DNA of 64,000 nucleotides from a virus. Its lineage: Duplodnaviria > Caudoviricetes. The stretch lies in IMG/VR virus record IMGVR_UViG_3300021399_000002, positions 96,001-160,000 of that record; one strand, written 5' to 3'. Under the pieces are notes generated by a model. The model worked only from the letters and a program-made list of their open reading frames with translations. It had not been told where the DNA came from and did not search any database. Positions 43,701-58,526 of this stretch are shown piece by piece; the first letter of the stretch is position 1, and every line of letters begins with the position of its first letter. The position numbers and the translations under genes were made by a program.

Positions 43701-46700
43701 TTGTAACCTATCCTGGAATAGTAATAGATACATTGCTCCTAGTTATTTCAGTATCAGTACCAGTTTCATCGCCAGTTATATTCTACTAAGTCAATGATTC
43801 ATAAGCTTTAATCATAGCAACTAAAGCTGGCTAACTATCGGCAGTAACTTCACCGCCATCTTCAAAATGAGCAGTATACACGCCGCTTTTTACATTATAT
43901 TCTACAGTAGTATCAATAGCTCCATGATAAGTTACTTCTCCGGATTCTTCAATTGTATAATTGTTACTTAATAATTCATCAAATTCCGCAGCCGCCATGG
44001 CAGAAACAATCTTATCAGTATCATTTTTACCAAATTGAGTTTCTTTTCCATTTATAATGGCCTTGTTATCTTTACTCCATGTAATAACTGTTCCTGCAGT
44101 AAAGGTAAGGTGCATATCACCAATATCAATATCTCCTTCAAAACCAGTACCAGATAATACGGATTTAATAGATTCAAATAAATGATCTAAATCATAATCT
44201 CCAGATAAATAAGCTTGATAGAAAGAATTTAATATTGCAGTATATGCTTCAGCGTCAATATCAATATCTTTTACACCATCTGCAGCATCTTCAAACATCT
44301 AACGCATAGTAACAACTTGGCCATTAACTGTTACTTTCATTTCATCTAATGCTTTAGTTAAATCTTTATTATCTTTAGCACTATCTAAAATTTTCTGTGC
44401 AGCAGTTTGAAATTTTTCAGTATAAGTATTAAGTATTTCTATAATACGATCGGAATCCTCTGGGTCATATTTAACATCAAATATTTCTCCTAAATCTAAA
44501 ACATTATCTTTATCGATGTCAATATCACCTAGTTTTTCCATAGCAACTACAGTTTCAAGTAATTGAATCATACTATCAAGCATGTCAATCTATTCATCAG
44601 CTAATGCATCAATACCTTTATCAACACCAGCCGCCATTTTATCTACGCCAGATGAAAAATCAATACCGATAGCACTTAACTTAACGCCCATCTCGCCAGT
44701 AGACATATTCGTTAACACACCAGCCGCTTGTGTTATTAGATCCGCGGCTTGCTAAGAATTTTCTACTGTCTTTCCACCAATATTAACTGCCGTACCTGAA
44801 ATCTCCGCAATCTTTCCCATTTCTGTAACAATATTATAGAAATCTTCATAGGCCATTTTACCGCGGTCTTTCCCTTTATAACTAGTCTGTTTCATTTTTG
44901 CAAATGCATCATACCAATTAGACCAGTAATTTAATGGATTATTCTATCCGCTAGGAATTTTATTATCCATAAATTTAAAGGAATCATCTTCGGTTGTAGA
45001 ACGAGCAGCATTAATTTCTTGAGCAAGACTTAATTCTTCTTCTAATGCCGTAATACGCTTCTAATTATCAGGAGTTTCTTCTTGATCGCGTAATTGTGAT
45101 AGTTCTTTTTCAAGACTTACAATATATGAAGTTGTACTACTAATTGATTTAAATTCATCCTGGGTTTCAATTAATGATTCTTTTAAAGCATCAAATACAA
45201 TACTACCTTGAATATCATCAATATTTTTAATTACCTAATATAATTCTTTTGCAGAATTAGTAGATAATTTTAAACCATCTGCTGTAGTTGTAAAATCTAA
45301 CTAATGAATCCCATACTAGTCAGCCCATGAAGATAATTTCTAAGCATCCACATTACTTAAACTACCACTAATACCGCCACTAATTAATGAAGCTATATCA
45401 GCTAACATATCAGAAATTGTATCTGCTAATTCTGCCATCTATTCTGGAATAAGTTTTCCAGCTTTCGCCGCAGCTTCTGCAGTAGCTTGAATTAATTTAG
45501 GAATATCTACAGTTTCATTAAAAACATAAATACCATTCTAAATCTATTCACCATAAGAGCCAATTACTTCCTTAAGCTTTCCTTCTGGCAATACACTTTC
45601 TAGATATGATAAATTAATAGCTTTACCTGGCTTAATTTCAGCTAATTCCTAAATCTATTCAGCAACACTATCTATAATATTATTAGTATTATTATAGAAT
45701 TCAGTCATTGCATCGGCATATTCATTACGAAGCTCATAATATTCAGGAGAACTCGCATCTAAACCTAATGTACCTAAGAAGGCATCAATATCAAAAATAC
45801 GAATGCCGCCAAAACCTGTTAATCCAACAGTACCACTCTCAACTAAATCTGGCAAAATTGTAGCTATATTTTGACCATAATTACTATATAGCTAAGCTAA
45901 AGTATCAAATGACATATCTGCTGCATTTTCTAATGCTTCTTGAGCATCCATGCGTTTCTAATCATTTGCAGTCAATAATTTAGCGTAAGCATTATTTAAA
46001 TCAGATACAGTTGCTCCAGCAGTATTACTCATCTGCTCATAAATAGCAGAATATACTTCTACAGCATTAAAGGTTTTATTTACAACGCCGTTGGCATCTA
46101 CCATTTCTAACTAGCTTAATACCTAACGCAACTCGCCAGTAATGACTTGCCCCTAAATAATTCCTTCAACTTCACCTAAAGCATCATTCCAACGATTAAT
46201 AGCACTAGAATAAATTTCAGCTAATTCAGATTCAGTTAAATCAGGTTTAATCTCACGAGCTTTATTAACAGCCCTTTCTCCACCTGCCTATAGAGCTTTA
46301 ATAGCATATGAAGCATCTTTAGTAGCGCTATTTATATCTCTATTAACTGTAGCATAATATGTTTCTAAAGCTCTGCCTAATTTATTAACATCATTTTGAG
46401 TCCTATCACCAGATAAGAAACTACCAATATCAATATTATTCTAAGCAGCTTTAATAGTATTATCTTTAATCCACTAATCAATTTTAGCTTCGGGCAAAAT
46501 ACCCATATTCTTTAACTGTTGAGCCTATGCTTCAATATACTTTCTAATATATTCAGGGCGCACAGTAAAGGCATCAAGAATATCATCATAATAACTTACA
46601 TTTTCAATTTGTAAATTTGTACCAAGCATCTAATTATAATTCTCAACAAAAGAACCTAAATCTGCTAAATTATTAGTACCACTAGATAATAAGGACACAC

Positions 46701-49700
46701 CAGTAGAAATATTCTATAAATAAGAATCACCAATCGCGGCAATTTCCTACTAGAATAATTCATTAACATCATATCCAACTTGTGCTAATTTCTAATTTAA
46801 GCCAGCTAAATCTACTCTATTATGGCCCCATTCATCAGTATTAATAAAGTCTCTAATATTAATACCCCAGTTTGCGAATGCAGTCTGGAAAGCGGCGATG
46901 GACTCTTCAGATAAATTCTAATAATTAGAAACTAAATCTTGAATAGCATTATATCTCTAATTCTATAATTCATATTTTAATTTATTATATGCTGCTTCAA
47001 GATTGGCTACATCTTCAGCAGTACCATTTTCACGTGCCGCAGCTAAATCAGCACTTAAATTCTTTAATACTGCTGCGGTTGCTTCCCATTCTTGAGTATA
47101 TTCGTTAAAAACATACCCGCGTTCACGCATTACCTACTCAGCATTAATAGATTCATTTTCAGTTGCAATAGCAAAATCCTAAGCTGCCTGCTAACTTACT
47201 TTCATAGCGATAATAGCATTAGTATTAGTAGCAATATTTCTCTTACTCTTAACTGCTTGCTATGATTCTATAATAGCACGCTTTACAGCTTCATTCTATT
47301 CTTTAGAAGCATCTAATGCTAAAATCCAATTGTCTCTCTATACTTCAGAAAGAATAGTAAGAGTATCAGTTTCAGCACTTACTCCTAATGCCGCCTTCAT
47401 TTCAGATGATAAATCATGAATATTAACGGTATCTCCAACATTCGCTCCAGCCAGATTAGAAATTTGTGTTTTAATACGAGTATTAACATCACGAGAAGCA
47501 TTATCACTAATAGTAGCATCAACCCATGCACTATAAGCCGCTTTATATTCTTCTGAAGCATCATTCCAGCCTCTTCTTGCAGCATATCCAGCAAAATCTT
47601 TAATACGAATTTGTCCATAGTCATTGATTTCAATTAATTCATCATTTATTAACTTTTGAAGTGCCGCATCATAATTATACCGATCCTTGCCATTTTTGTC
47701 TTTTCCTTCATAGACGCCAAATATTTCGCCAGCATCAGTATAAGTCTATATTAGTTCGTCAATACTAAGTGTATTCTTACTTAAAGTTTCTAAACCATTA
47801 CGTTTTCCTTTATATTTATTATCTAGTCCTAAAGCAGCAATATTATTTAATTGTGAAATAGTTGCTTCTCCAGTTTCAGCCATCTAATTATATAAATTTT
47901 TATAGGCTTCAGCCAATGAGGTGGCAACAGAAACTACAACATTATTTTCAATTGTAAATCCTGCTTTAGTTAATGCTTCAATATGTTCCGTTGCAACAAA
48001 AGAACCAACTTCTAATGAATCTACTAATTCTGCAGCAGCTTGAATAGGAGCAATCTAAGCTTCATATGCGGTTTGTAGCTCTTCAGTAGTTGCTTCTGGC
48101 TTAACACGCTTTAATTCTTCAACTGCCACTGAACCGCCTTTTGATAGAATTTCTAATGTAGATTTTGTGTGTTCTTTTGCCCATTCATTGATAGTTGATT
48201 CTGAGCCGTAAACTCCATAATCTTTAGCTTTGGTTATAAAATATTTTTGTAAATTACTTTTTAAAGTATTAGATTCTCTTACAGTGGCTGTTCCAGATAA
48301 GAACTTACTAAAATCTAAATTATCTTTAAACAAAGCATCTATCTAATTCTATATATAAGCTTGCTTCTCAGCTTCAGAAGCGAATGTTAAGTTTTCGGCT
48401 GATCTTTCAATCATACGACGCATATCATTAGTATCAAGAATCCAAGCATCTAATAATGCATCATATATAAATGTCGCGCTTTCACCATTAAATAACTACC
48501 CAAAAGCTTTCTAGAAGCCCTATATTTCTACTTGACTTGAAGTGCCACTTACAGCTAATGAACCGGCTTTAGAAATATTATCAATATAAGAATCTGCGAT
48601 CGTAGAGATATATTCATCAAAGATTTTAGAGTATTCATCGTCCATGGCTGTTTTAAACCCTTCAAAATCTTTAATAAACTTATTTCCTAATGCATCCGTA
48701 CCAATATATTTATCATACTTATTTCCAAATTCTGCTCTAAAATCGTTTAAAGCCTATTCACTTATGTTTTCATAAGAATCTAAAACTCCAATTAATGCTT
48801 CATTTTTATAATTCTTATTTAATTCAGTTGCAAGAGCTTCTCGTTTCTATTTTAATTCACGAATAGTTTGTTCCGTCGCACCAGAACCTGGAGCTTCTGC
48901 TTCGGCAATTTGTGCATCAATATCTGCTAAAGTCTATTCTGTCGCAATTAATTGTTTAGACCACTCATCATATTCATAGCCCTTAGCTTCTGCATATTGT
49001 CTAATCTACTCATCATTTATTATGTTTTTATCCAATAGTCCATTATATCCAGATTTTGTAGCTAGTGACTTCCTATAATCGTCTAAATTAATTGAAGACT
49101 AAATAATATTTTCTAAATTTTCACCGCGAGTTCCACGAGAAGAAATAATACTATCATTAATGGTTCTATAAACAGCCTATAAAGCTTCTTTTCCTTCGCC
49201 TTCATAGCTATCAATATAAGTCTTAAGTAATAATAATAAATTATCACGCAAATATTCATTACTAATAGTTATTGTACCATCAACGGCCCCAATTGCTGCT
49301 TGCATTTCAGGTGTCAATGAGCTAACATTAATCTCGTCTCCAACTTTTGCAGAAGATAAATTCTATAGCTAAGAAGCTATCTATTTACCTTTATTATCTT
49401 TCGCACGCTAAGCGATTTGACTATCAATAGTTTCAGTCGCAAAATCTGTAAAGCCTGCTAATGTTACACCAAATGCTTCAGCGAGCGCAGTTATAATCTA
49501 TTCAGCACTTGCATTTGCGTCTGCTTCAAGAGAATTAGTTTCTGGATTATATTTATAAATACCTTTAAGAGTTTCATCTTTAAATTCATTTGTTTCTTCA
49601 TTATATAATTCAGATAATGCAATTTTATAAGTATTAGCATAAGTTTCTAATTCATCTAAAGTAATACTTCCATCACTAGCCATATCAGCTACAGATTTAG

Positions 49701-52700
49701 CTTTTAATACATCTTTATTATTCGCTTCAGCCTAAGCTTTAATAAATTTATTATAATCTTCTGCTGAAATTATTCCATTCTTAAATAATGATTCCATATT
49801 AGTCTATAATTGTTTGACTAATAATTTAACCATCATAGGATATTTTTTAACATTTTTATATCCTAACTAACTAGCTAATGCTTCTGAAGCATCACTTAAT
49901 GTAGTATTATTATTATCTAATAATTCTTCAATTAAAGTAGTATACTACTAAGCATTGGTCTGTCTACTCTATTTTTTAATAGTATCACTAATCTTAATTC
50001 CTAATACATCTTCTAATGGCTTGAAATTAGCTTCCTTTAAAGCTTCCCAAATTTCAACTGCTTTTTCCGCGGCTTCGCCGCCAAGAATATTCATATATGT
50101 AATAAAACTTTCATATATGGTATCTGATGCAGTTCCACCTGCAATAGCATCAAAGTCCATTGAAGCAATATATTGTAATGGAGAATTTTGTAAATAAGTC
50201 TATAAGAACTCTAATTCTTTTTGATCATATTGATTTAGTGCATCAATAACCCAAGTATTCCATTCTAAATTTTTATTTTCTGCTTTTTCTTTTTTAAACT
50301 AATCCTATAACTATTGTAATGTCTAACTTAAAACATTTTTTTCAGGTTCAGATAATCCTTCTAATTTTCCTAATTGTTCAGTAATATTTTCTCCAGTAGA
50401 ATCAGCAGTTAATTGTTTAATTACTTCCTATACAGAACTATCCTAAATAATTTCTGCTTGTCTACTGATTGCTTCTAATCTATCATTATTAGCTTCAGTA
50501 ATCTATCTATATGATTCATCAAGAGCTTCTGAAGTAAGAACCCATTTATTTAAATCAGCATTCCACTCAATTAAATTATCGGCTGTTCTATCTTTCTTTT
50601 CAGATTTAGCAATAATTTCCTATGCGGCTTTTAAAGCATCAGAATAATCCATTCCTTTTCCTATATTTCCTAATGCTTTTTCAGCCTCTTCTGCAATTTT
50701 AGAAGTTTCAGACATCATTGAAGAGATAGTTAATCCGATATTTGTATAAACTCTTTCTCTTATTTCTGTTAATTTAGAAACAATATCAGTTAAACCTAAT
50801 GCTTCAAAATTCTTAATAGCCGTATCAATTGATTCAACATCAGTTAAATCTAATTCACGAAGTATAGGAGATATATCATGTTGCTAATCATCACTTAATT
50901 GTCCAATCTATTGATATAAAGTAGTTAAGCCATTTAAATAATTATCGGCAGCAATTGTATAACCTTTATCCATTAATTGCTTGTATTGTGGTAATGAAGA
51001 TTGCAAAATAGTAGCAACTTCTGCAGTTATGTTATCTTCGGTATTACTCATATCAAATAGTCGCCATAATTCTGTGTCCAATCCACCAGTATTTAAACTA
51101 CCAACATAAGTTTTAATTGCATTATATAAATTAGTACGAACTAGCTATAAATTAGACTAATAATCTTTTTGTATTGAAGTAATAATATTAGCATTTATAC
51201 CATGCTCTGTATCAAAATTATGACTAGTTAAAAATTCATTTAATTTTTCAATACTACTAATCTATGAATAATTTAAACCAGTAATTAATTCATCCGCTAA
51301 CCACTAATTTTGATCAATATAAGTAACAAGTTCATTATAGAGAGTGGTTCCTAATGTTGTATTTCCCGTTTCAGTCCAATCTACATTTTTTTTATACCTA
51401 GATATCATTGAACTAATAAACTATCTATATTGATTTAAATCAATTCCAGAAGTAGATTTAGAATTAATTAAAAGCTAATTTTCTGTTAATGATAAAGCTG
51501 AAGCAGAAGTAACAGAATCTGTAATAACTTCAATATCATGTTCTGTTTTTAACAATCCATTATTAATAAATTCACGAGTGTGCTAAATTGCTTGTACTAA
51601 ATCGCTCGTACTTAAATTAGCTAAAGTTTTATCTAAATTATCTGCATTAATATTAGTGATTCCAGTAAGCTATTCATAATTTAAATCTTTATTATTCTCA
51701 ACTGCTTTTTTTAATAAATTAGAATAATTGGTAAGTGCAATATCTGTGTTAGTTGCATTATTTAAAATCCAGTCATTTAAAACTGCATTGATTTCTTCCT
51801 AATGCTCTTCATATAGCTATTTAGTTTTTTCCTCAACATCCCAGTCATCTATATTAATTAAATCACCGATTTGTTCTCCTTCATATCCTAAAAATTGCAC
51901 TGCTCTATTATATGCCATTATTAATGATTCATAAACAGTTCGTCCTTGCTCAATACCACTATAACTTTCACTTGGAATAATTTGTTCTCTATTCTTATAT
52001 CCTTCACTATCTTTAACATATAAATCAAAATTAGCATATATTCTATCAAAAATTTCATCAGGAGATAAATTAGAAATAACATCTTCAGTTAACTGAATAT
52101 TGTCAGCAGCCTATAACTCTTTCCAAGCATCTTTTTCAATTAGAATACGCTCTTTTTCTTTATTTAACGCTTCAACAGTAGATGAAGCAGCTTCTGCACG
52201 CGCGTCAGCTAGAGCCAATTCTAATGATTCTAAGGTTATAATCTAATCACCGTTAATTTCCATAGCAGATATCAATGCTGGATATGAATCAGCCAACTAA
52301 TTCATATATTCATGATATTCAGTTAATGCTTCAGCAGATTCATACTATTTAGAAGATAACTCATTTAATTTATCATAAGCCTATTGTAAATCATCTACCT
52401 TACCTCGATCTAATGTAGCTTCTTGTTGAGCCTTAGTTTCTGCTTTCTCGGCTAATTCTAAACGACGGCTTAGACTTACATTAAACATATTAATACCAGA
52501 AATTAAAGAGGGTAATGCACTTGCTACAGCTCCGACTCCTATAGCTATAGGATTGCCGCCACTCATTAGGCCTCCCTAAATACCGCCTGAAATAGCATTA
52601 GCAATTGTACCTCCGACTCCAGCCCATAGTCCTGCTGATTGGTCTTGAGCAACGCTAGTACTGGCTCCATAATCAGAAGTTGCTTTTACATTTGCTAATG

Positions 52701-55700
52701 CTCCTGCAGCAGAGAACGCAGTAGAAACGAAGGTTAGTGCTGTACGCGTTTTATTAGAACCAAAAAGTGCTTGCAGCTTTGTTCCACCCTAGGCCATAAT
52801 CTAATTCATCTCTGCACTAGCAGCTTGCGCCCAAGTTCTACCAAAAATTTGTCCCTAACGCTATGCTTCAGAATTTAAAGAAGATAAACTAGTAGATACA
52901 TCAGTCTTCATCTAATCTAAGCTATTTTGTAATAATACAATAGCTAACTATGCAATATTCTTAATAGTAGAAATAATCTATACTCCTAATGCCATGGCCC
53001 ATATTGGTATATTACCTAAAGCTTTAGGTAAATTATTCGCACCATCAATAACATTAGTAATAGTGTCTAATATTCCTTTATATAAATCCTAAATTCCAGA
53101 GCTAGTATAGAACTCTTGGACTGTTACTTTCATACGCTCTATCTTAGCATCTATAGAATCCAAAGTTTTTAATGTCTATAATTCGCCAACATCTTCAGAA
53201 TTATTAGCTAATTCTAATGCTCTTCTATACTCTTCAACATTACCAACCAAAGCTAAGAAACGAGACTATTGTCTATTACCAGCCATAATAGTTGCAATAT
53301 AACGTTGAGCATTTTTATCAATAGAATCCCATTTATCGCCTAATTCTAAAATGACATCATCAAAATCCCTAAATTGCCCATTAACATCATGAATACTAAT
53401 ACCAATAGTCTATAAAGCTTTATCAACTCTGTTCAGACTCATTTCTTCCCCTTCAGAGTCAACCATTTTAGAAGGATCCGATGTCATTTCACCATAACGA
53501 CTAATAACAGATTTTAAAGCAGTACCAATATTTGTTGCAGATTCACGAGTAACTGACACCATAGTAGCAATCATTGCAGAAGTTGCTTCAAAACTTGCAC
53601 CAACAGCTTCAGCAGACGAAGCAGTTTTACTAATAGCAGTAGCTAATTCTTCAGTATCGGATGCCGTATGCGCAGCTAAATTACTAAATACATCGGTTAC
53701 ATGAGCGGCTTCGCTCATTTCTAATTTAAAACCACGCACAGCAGTAGTCATATAGTCTGCTGCAGTCGCATAATCAATTCCAGCAATACGTGCCATCTTT
53801 AAAGTTTCAGTTGTAAGATTCATTACATCGCCTTTATTTAAGCCTTGCTGATAATAAATCTATGAAACTTCATAAACGCCCTTAATTGCTACACCATATT
53901 GACGAGCAATTTCACTGTAAGTACTAATTTGTCCCCATAAATCATTTTGAGACATATTAGTAACAACAGCAATTTGAGTCATTACTTTATCAAGTTCTTG
54001 AACATGAGTTTTCATGTCCTAAATTGCTTTTTTAGTTAAATTTAAAACTTGATAAAAACCCATCCAACGAGCAACAGCGGATGATACATTGGTTAATGAT
54101 TTAGAGGCTTTTTCATATTTAGCAGTAGTAGATACATAATTTTCTAAAGCCCTACGTGCCTAATCAATCTTATCTTTATCCTATTGCATGCCGTTAGCTA
54201 AACCACCATTAAGTAAAGCTAAAGTTGCTTGTAATAAATCCTAAATCTATTGTGATAAAGCCTATGCTGCATCTTTTTTACTAGTTAAAGCCGCGGTATC
54301 AGCCGCGGCAGTAGCAGTCACAACACCCTGCGCTGCGCCATAATTGCTTGTAGTTGCCTATAATTGCTAGATCGCACTATCTAAATCCTTTATTTCTGTA
54401 TTACTAATCTAACTCTAAATCTAAGCAATAATTTGATTAATAGCGCTTTCAACACTAATACCATTTTTAATAGTACTCCAATCAATATTAAATGAACGAT
54501 TAAAAACTGACTAAATTACAGAAGTTATACTACTTTTAAAATCATTTATATTAGAAATTCTATCTACAGTAGCGCCAGAAACATTTAAAGCATCATTAAT
54601 TACTGTTTCTATTTTAGACTATAATTCAGTTTTAATCGCACTAACATCAACAGTCGAAGAATATGTTTGTAATTCTTTAATTAACTAATCAATATATCCC
54701 TATATTCCTTTACCTGTTTTAGTATTGACAAAATCATCTTGAGAAGAAAAATTGATTAAATCTTTATACTGCTCTTTAATTTTATCAATTAATGGTAAAC
54801 GATTCTGCCAATTTGTTCTACTACCATCAGGATTTTTCTACATCTTTTTAATATCAGTTAAATCCTAAATAGCTTTAGAAACATCTGCTTTTCTAGCATT
54901 GGCAAAATCTATTAAAACCTAAGTTGATTTATCAATACTTTCACGCTATGTATCAAATAATTTATTTGTACTCGCGCCCTACTTAATCTATAAATTTAAA
55001 TTTAATTGTTTTAATGCGTCATCACCCAAATATCCTTTATAAACATCCGCTAGCTAAGTACGTAAATTATCCGCGCCAGCCTTAGTTAATGTTCTATTAG
55101 CTATTTGAGCATATTCACTAGAACTCACAATTGTATTCATAATAGAATCTTTATTAATCTATGGATTATTAATAAAATTCTATAAATTTTTTAAATTCTA
55201 TTGTAAATCTGCAATTTCTTTATTTGCTTTTTCAATTTCAGTAGTTAAATTATCAGAAAATTCTGTAAAAGTAGTCTTAGATAAATCAATATTTAATTCT
55301 TTCGCCGCCTACCTTACTTTTCCAAAATCAGCATTATTTACATCATCAAATACTTTGCCTATTTTTCCAGATTCAATCCTATCAATCTCTCGCTCAAGTC
55401 CTTTCAAATCTTTAGTTAACTGAGAAAACTACCCTTGTATATTATTAGGTAATTTTAAATCATTTAAATTTAAAGTAGAAAAGGAACTTACAATCATTCC
55501 AATATGATCAAATACTTTATCATAATCCTATAGAAATTTTTTCGCTCCTGCACTAGTAGAGAATGAAGTAGCCATTTCTGAACGCAATTTGTTCACTTGG
55601 CGTAAAGCAGCATCTAATTCTTTAGTAATATTTTTCATAGAAGCAGTATTAGGCGAAACTGCATCCTAAAGAATCTACCTCAACTATTGAATCTAATTCT

Positions 55701-55755
55701 AAGCTCCCTATAAACCTAATGATACCTATATCTCTAAAGTATTGTTCGCAGCCAT
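40717..55755 (-). CDS. Giant tape measure protein (~5012 aa) with cell-wall-binding repeats; many TAG
   Basis: Ten track fragments share one frame; TMP domain (ELDKVMTQIAVVT...ELATAISKTAS...IGTALKSVISR) at ~53200-54050; GELGPE motif; WWYENADGSY...WYYFDKNGYM repeats at ~41290-41460. Confidence 0.85.
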
Positions 55756-55780
55756 TCGTATTCATCTCCTTTTCTCGCAT

Positions 55781-55818
55781 AAAAAATAAAGAGCCACCTT
55801 CCGAAGAAAGTGGCTCTT
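55781..55818 (-). terminator. Terminator upstream of the TMP gene
   Basis: AAGAGCCAC...GTGGCTCTT stem with a T-run on the minus strand. Confidence 0.65.
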
Positions 55819-56704
55819 AAAATTCCTCTTCAGGTTTTCCTAAACGAGTAATTTCCATAATCAAATTCTTTTTATCTCCAACAGTTTCTGGCAGCCCTAT
55901 TATATTAAAAGTAGAAACAGTTGGATCTGCCCTTTCTCCCAGTCGTAAATTAATATTACTTACAACCCTAACTTTAGGCATATATAATACATTTGTATAA
56001 TTAATGCCTTCATTCTCATCTTTAGAATAAAATTTAGCTTCTAAAGTAAATAATCCATTAAAGCGTTCTTTCTATACAGTATATATCAACGCTTCATCAC
56101 TATATTTATAGTAATAATCAACGGCATATTTTCTATTATTTTCTGCTGGTGTTTCGAAATTTTTATCCTTAGCTAAAGCTAATCTATAATGTGGATTATC
56201 AAAAGGGTCAAGAACTTCTATATATTTTCCATATAATTTTTGCTATATAGCATTTCTAGTATATTCAAAAATAAAAATTTTTTTATCTGGATAAAATATA
56301 GGCTTATTCGTTAATTCAACAACAGGAAACAATAAACCATTATGCTCATATTCATCTACAATTGTTAAATTTTCTTCTTTTATAGGAATATATAATGGTT
56401 CATCTTCCTTCTAACTGGTGACATTCGCACTTAAAAGTATACTCATTCCAACTGAAGACATAACTCCTTCAGTCATTTGAAATGTTACTTCAGTGCGCTC
56501 ATCCCATATTACACGTGGCATATTAGCCCAGCCGCCACGAGCAAAGACTGGCCTATTCTATTCAGACAACAATGAGAGGTTAACATTATTAAAATATAAT
56601 ACTGGCTCTTGTGATTCAATATATCTATCTCCAAACTACATAGGGGTTTTCGCGCGAAGGATTACTTCATATAACTCTTTATATCCAAAATATTCATCAT
56701 TCAT
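55817..56704 (-). CDS. Paralog of the major tail protein (minor tail tube protein); several TAG
   Basis: FGYKELYEV...ARGGWANMPRVIWD...EGVMS aligns with MTP YGIKEVANV...AQGGWGNPRLIQWD...DALMS. Confidence 0.7.
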
Positions 56705-56718
56705 AGGTATCACCGCCT

Positions 56719-56752
56719 AAAAAAAAGAAAGGGGTCCCCATTAGGGAACCCC
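56719..56752 (-). terminator. Terminator after the major tail protein
   Basis: GGGGTTCCC-taat-GGGGACCCC-TTTCTTTTTT on the minus strand. Confidence 0.8.
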
Positions 56753-56764
56753 GGTATAACTCGA

Positions 56765-57727
56765 TTACTGAGCTACAGAGCCGATATCGTCTTCAGTAGT
56801 GCCACCAGAGGTAGTACCGATGTTATAACGAACTAGCTTCATCATTTCATTCTGACCATCATCGTTGGTAGAACGTAATACATTTAGAGTCATTTCAAAG
56901 GTAGAAGGATCGCCTTCAGCCTGTAGAGTAATAGTAACATTGCTCTGTACCTTTGCCTTATTAATAACGAACTGGAATGGCTCATCCTTACCAGTCTTTT
57001 CAGAACGCATGAAGGTATCACCAACAACCTTGTAAGTTCCAGGGAAAGTATCAGGAGAAATGGTTACTTCAATAGCAGTCTCATTTCCTTCATTATTCTG
57101 AAGAACTTCTTCCCAGAAAATACGAATGTGATCGCCAGCAGCAGTTAGCTGTTCAGCAGGTTGTTCAGTAGAATCATAACCGATCATAGCAGGGTTGACG
57201 AAATTAATTGCTTTATTACCCGGTAAACTAATCTCCGCTGCGCCTTTCGTAGGTCTAATTTGAGTACGAGTACCCTGAGTTAAGTTGATTAAACGAATTG
57301 GATGTTCGTAAGAAGCTTTTGGAGTTAATTGAACACCAGTTAAATGATCTTTAGGTAGTGGTACAACACCATTAGTGCCGCAAACTACTTCTTCAGTATG
57401 ACGTACGATAACAGGCTTACCAGATTCTGGCTTTTTAATAGCGCCACCTAACATGAAACGTAAAGATTCTAGAGACATTAAAGCATCTTCTAGAGTAATA
57501 TTGATTTCCTTACCATAATCCCACTGAATTAGACGAGGATTGCCCCAGCCGCCCTGCGCAGCTGTATTTTCTGCAGTGGTCTCAATGGTGGAAACTTTTA
57601 GGGTATCTAAGAATAGAACAATATCACCAGCATATACGCCAGCGGCGAGATCGTCTTCTAGAGCTTCAAAATAAACATTAGCAACTTCTTTAATGCCATA
57701 TTTATCAAAAATATTTACATTAGCCAT
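56765..57727 (-). CDS. Major tail (tube) protein
   Basis: AAGGAGG RBS; beta-rich; ITLQAEGDPSTFEMTL; position before the TMP; own terminator; no TAG. Confidence 0.75.
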   Translation of the reverse strand: MANVNIFDKYGIKEVANVYFEALEDDLAAGVYAGDIVLFLDTLKVSTIETTAENTAAQGGWGNPRLIQWDYGKEINITLEDALMSLESLRFMLGGAIKKPESGKPVIVRHTEEVVCGTNGVVPLPKDHLTGVQLTPKASYEHPIRLINLTQGTRTQIRPTKGAAEISLPGNKAINFVNPAMIGYDSTEQPAEQLTAAGDHIRIFWEEVLQNNEGNETAIEVTISPDTFPGTYKVVGDTFMRSEKTGKDEPFQFVINKAKVQSNVTITLQAEGDPSTFEMTLNVLRSTNDDGQNEMMKLVRYNIGTTSGGTTEDDIGSVAQ

Positions 57728-57746
57728 AAAAGTTACCTCCTTTAAA

Positions 57747-58526
57747 TTAAGTTTTTTCTGTACTTGCAATGGAACGCATCCAATGCTTTAACTAAGATTT
57801 TTTTAGCTTAGCTCCTGCGAGAGCTGCTTTCTAATTTATATTAAACTAATCACGCCAGCCCATCCGCTTTAGCTAATCATGAAAAGCATAATATGTAATA
57901 TCCCAAATATTTATCATATTTAGGCCACAATCATTGATAGCAATACTACCAATTAAATCAGATAACTTTAAATCAGAACCTTCTTTAGCATTCTATTTTG
58001 CTTTTGCTCTACGAACTTTTTCACGATTTTCACGCATTTTTTGTTTTAATTTTTTTGTCGCAGGTAAATCATCAGCATATATAATAATTTCCTCGCCTTC
58101 AACTTCTAAAAAATACATACGGCGCAATACACGCTACAAATCATAAAACTTTTCTTCATTTAATATGCGTTTATCAGTCAAAGGCCCTATAAAAATTGAA
58201 GGAGGGTCTAAACTTAAAGTTATTTCTTCATGAGTAAAAAATTTAAAAGCTCCTTTTAAATTTTCATTCATATTAATATCTAAATTTGCCATTAAAAGAA
58301 TAAACTAAAAATCTGTTAATGAATCAATCATTTTCTTCATTTCAGCATCAATATTCTTTTGCTCTATAGGTTTAGTAGAAGTAATAACAGATAAATATAT
58401 CTAAAATTTATCATATCCTAAATCTACTATTTCACCCAAAGTAGCAGGATAAACTGCACAAATATCGTCAATAAAAACGGGACTTCCTTTTTGAAATTTT
58501 AATATTTCTGTATCAGTTAAATTCAT
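57747..58526 (-). CDS. Tail-region hypothetical protein; several TAG
   Basis: MNLTDTEILKFQKGSP... open to TAA 57747 under read-through. Confidence 0.6.
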
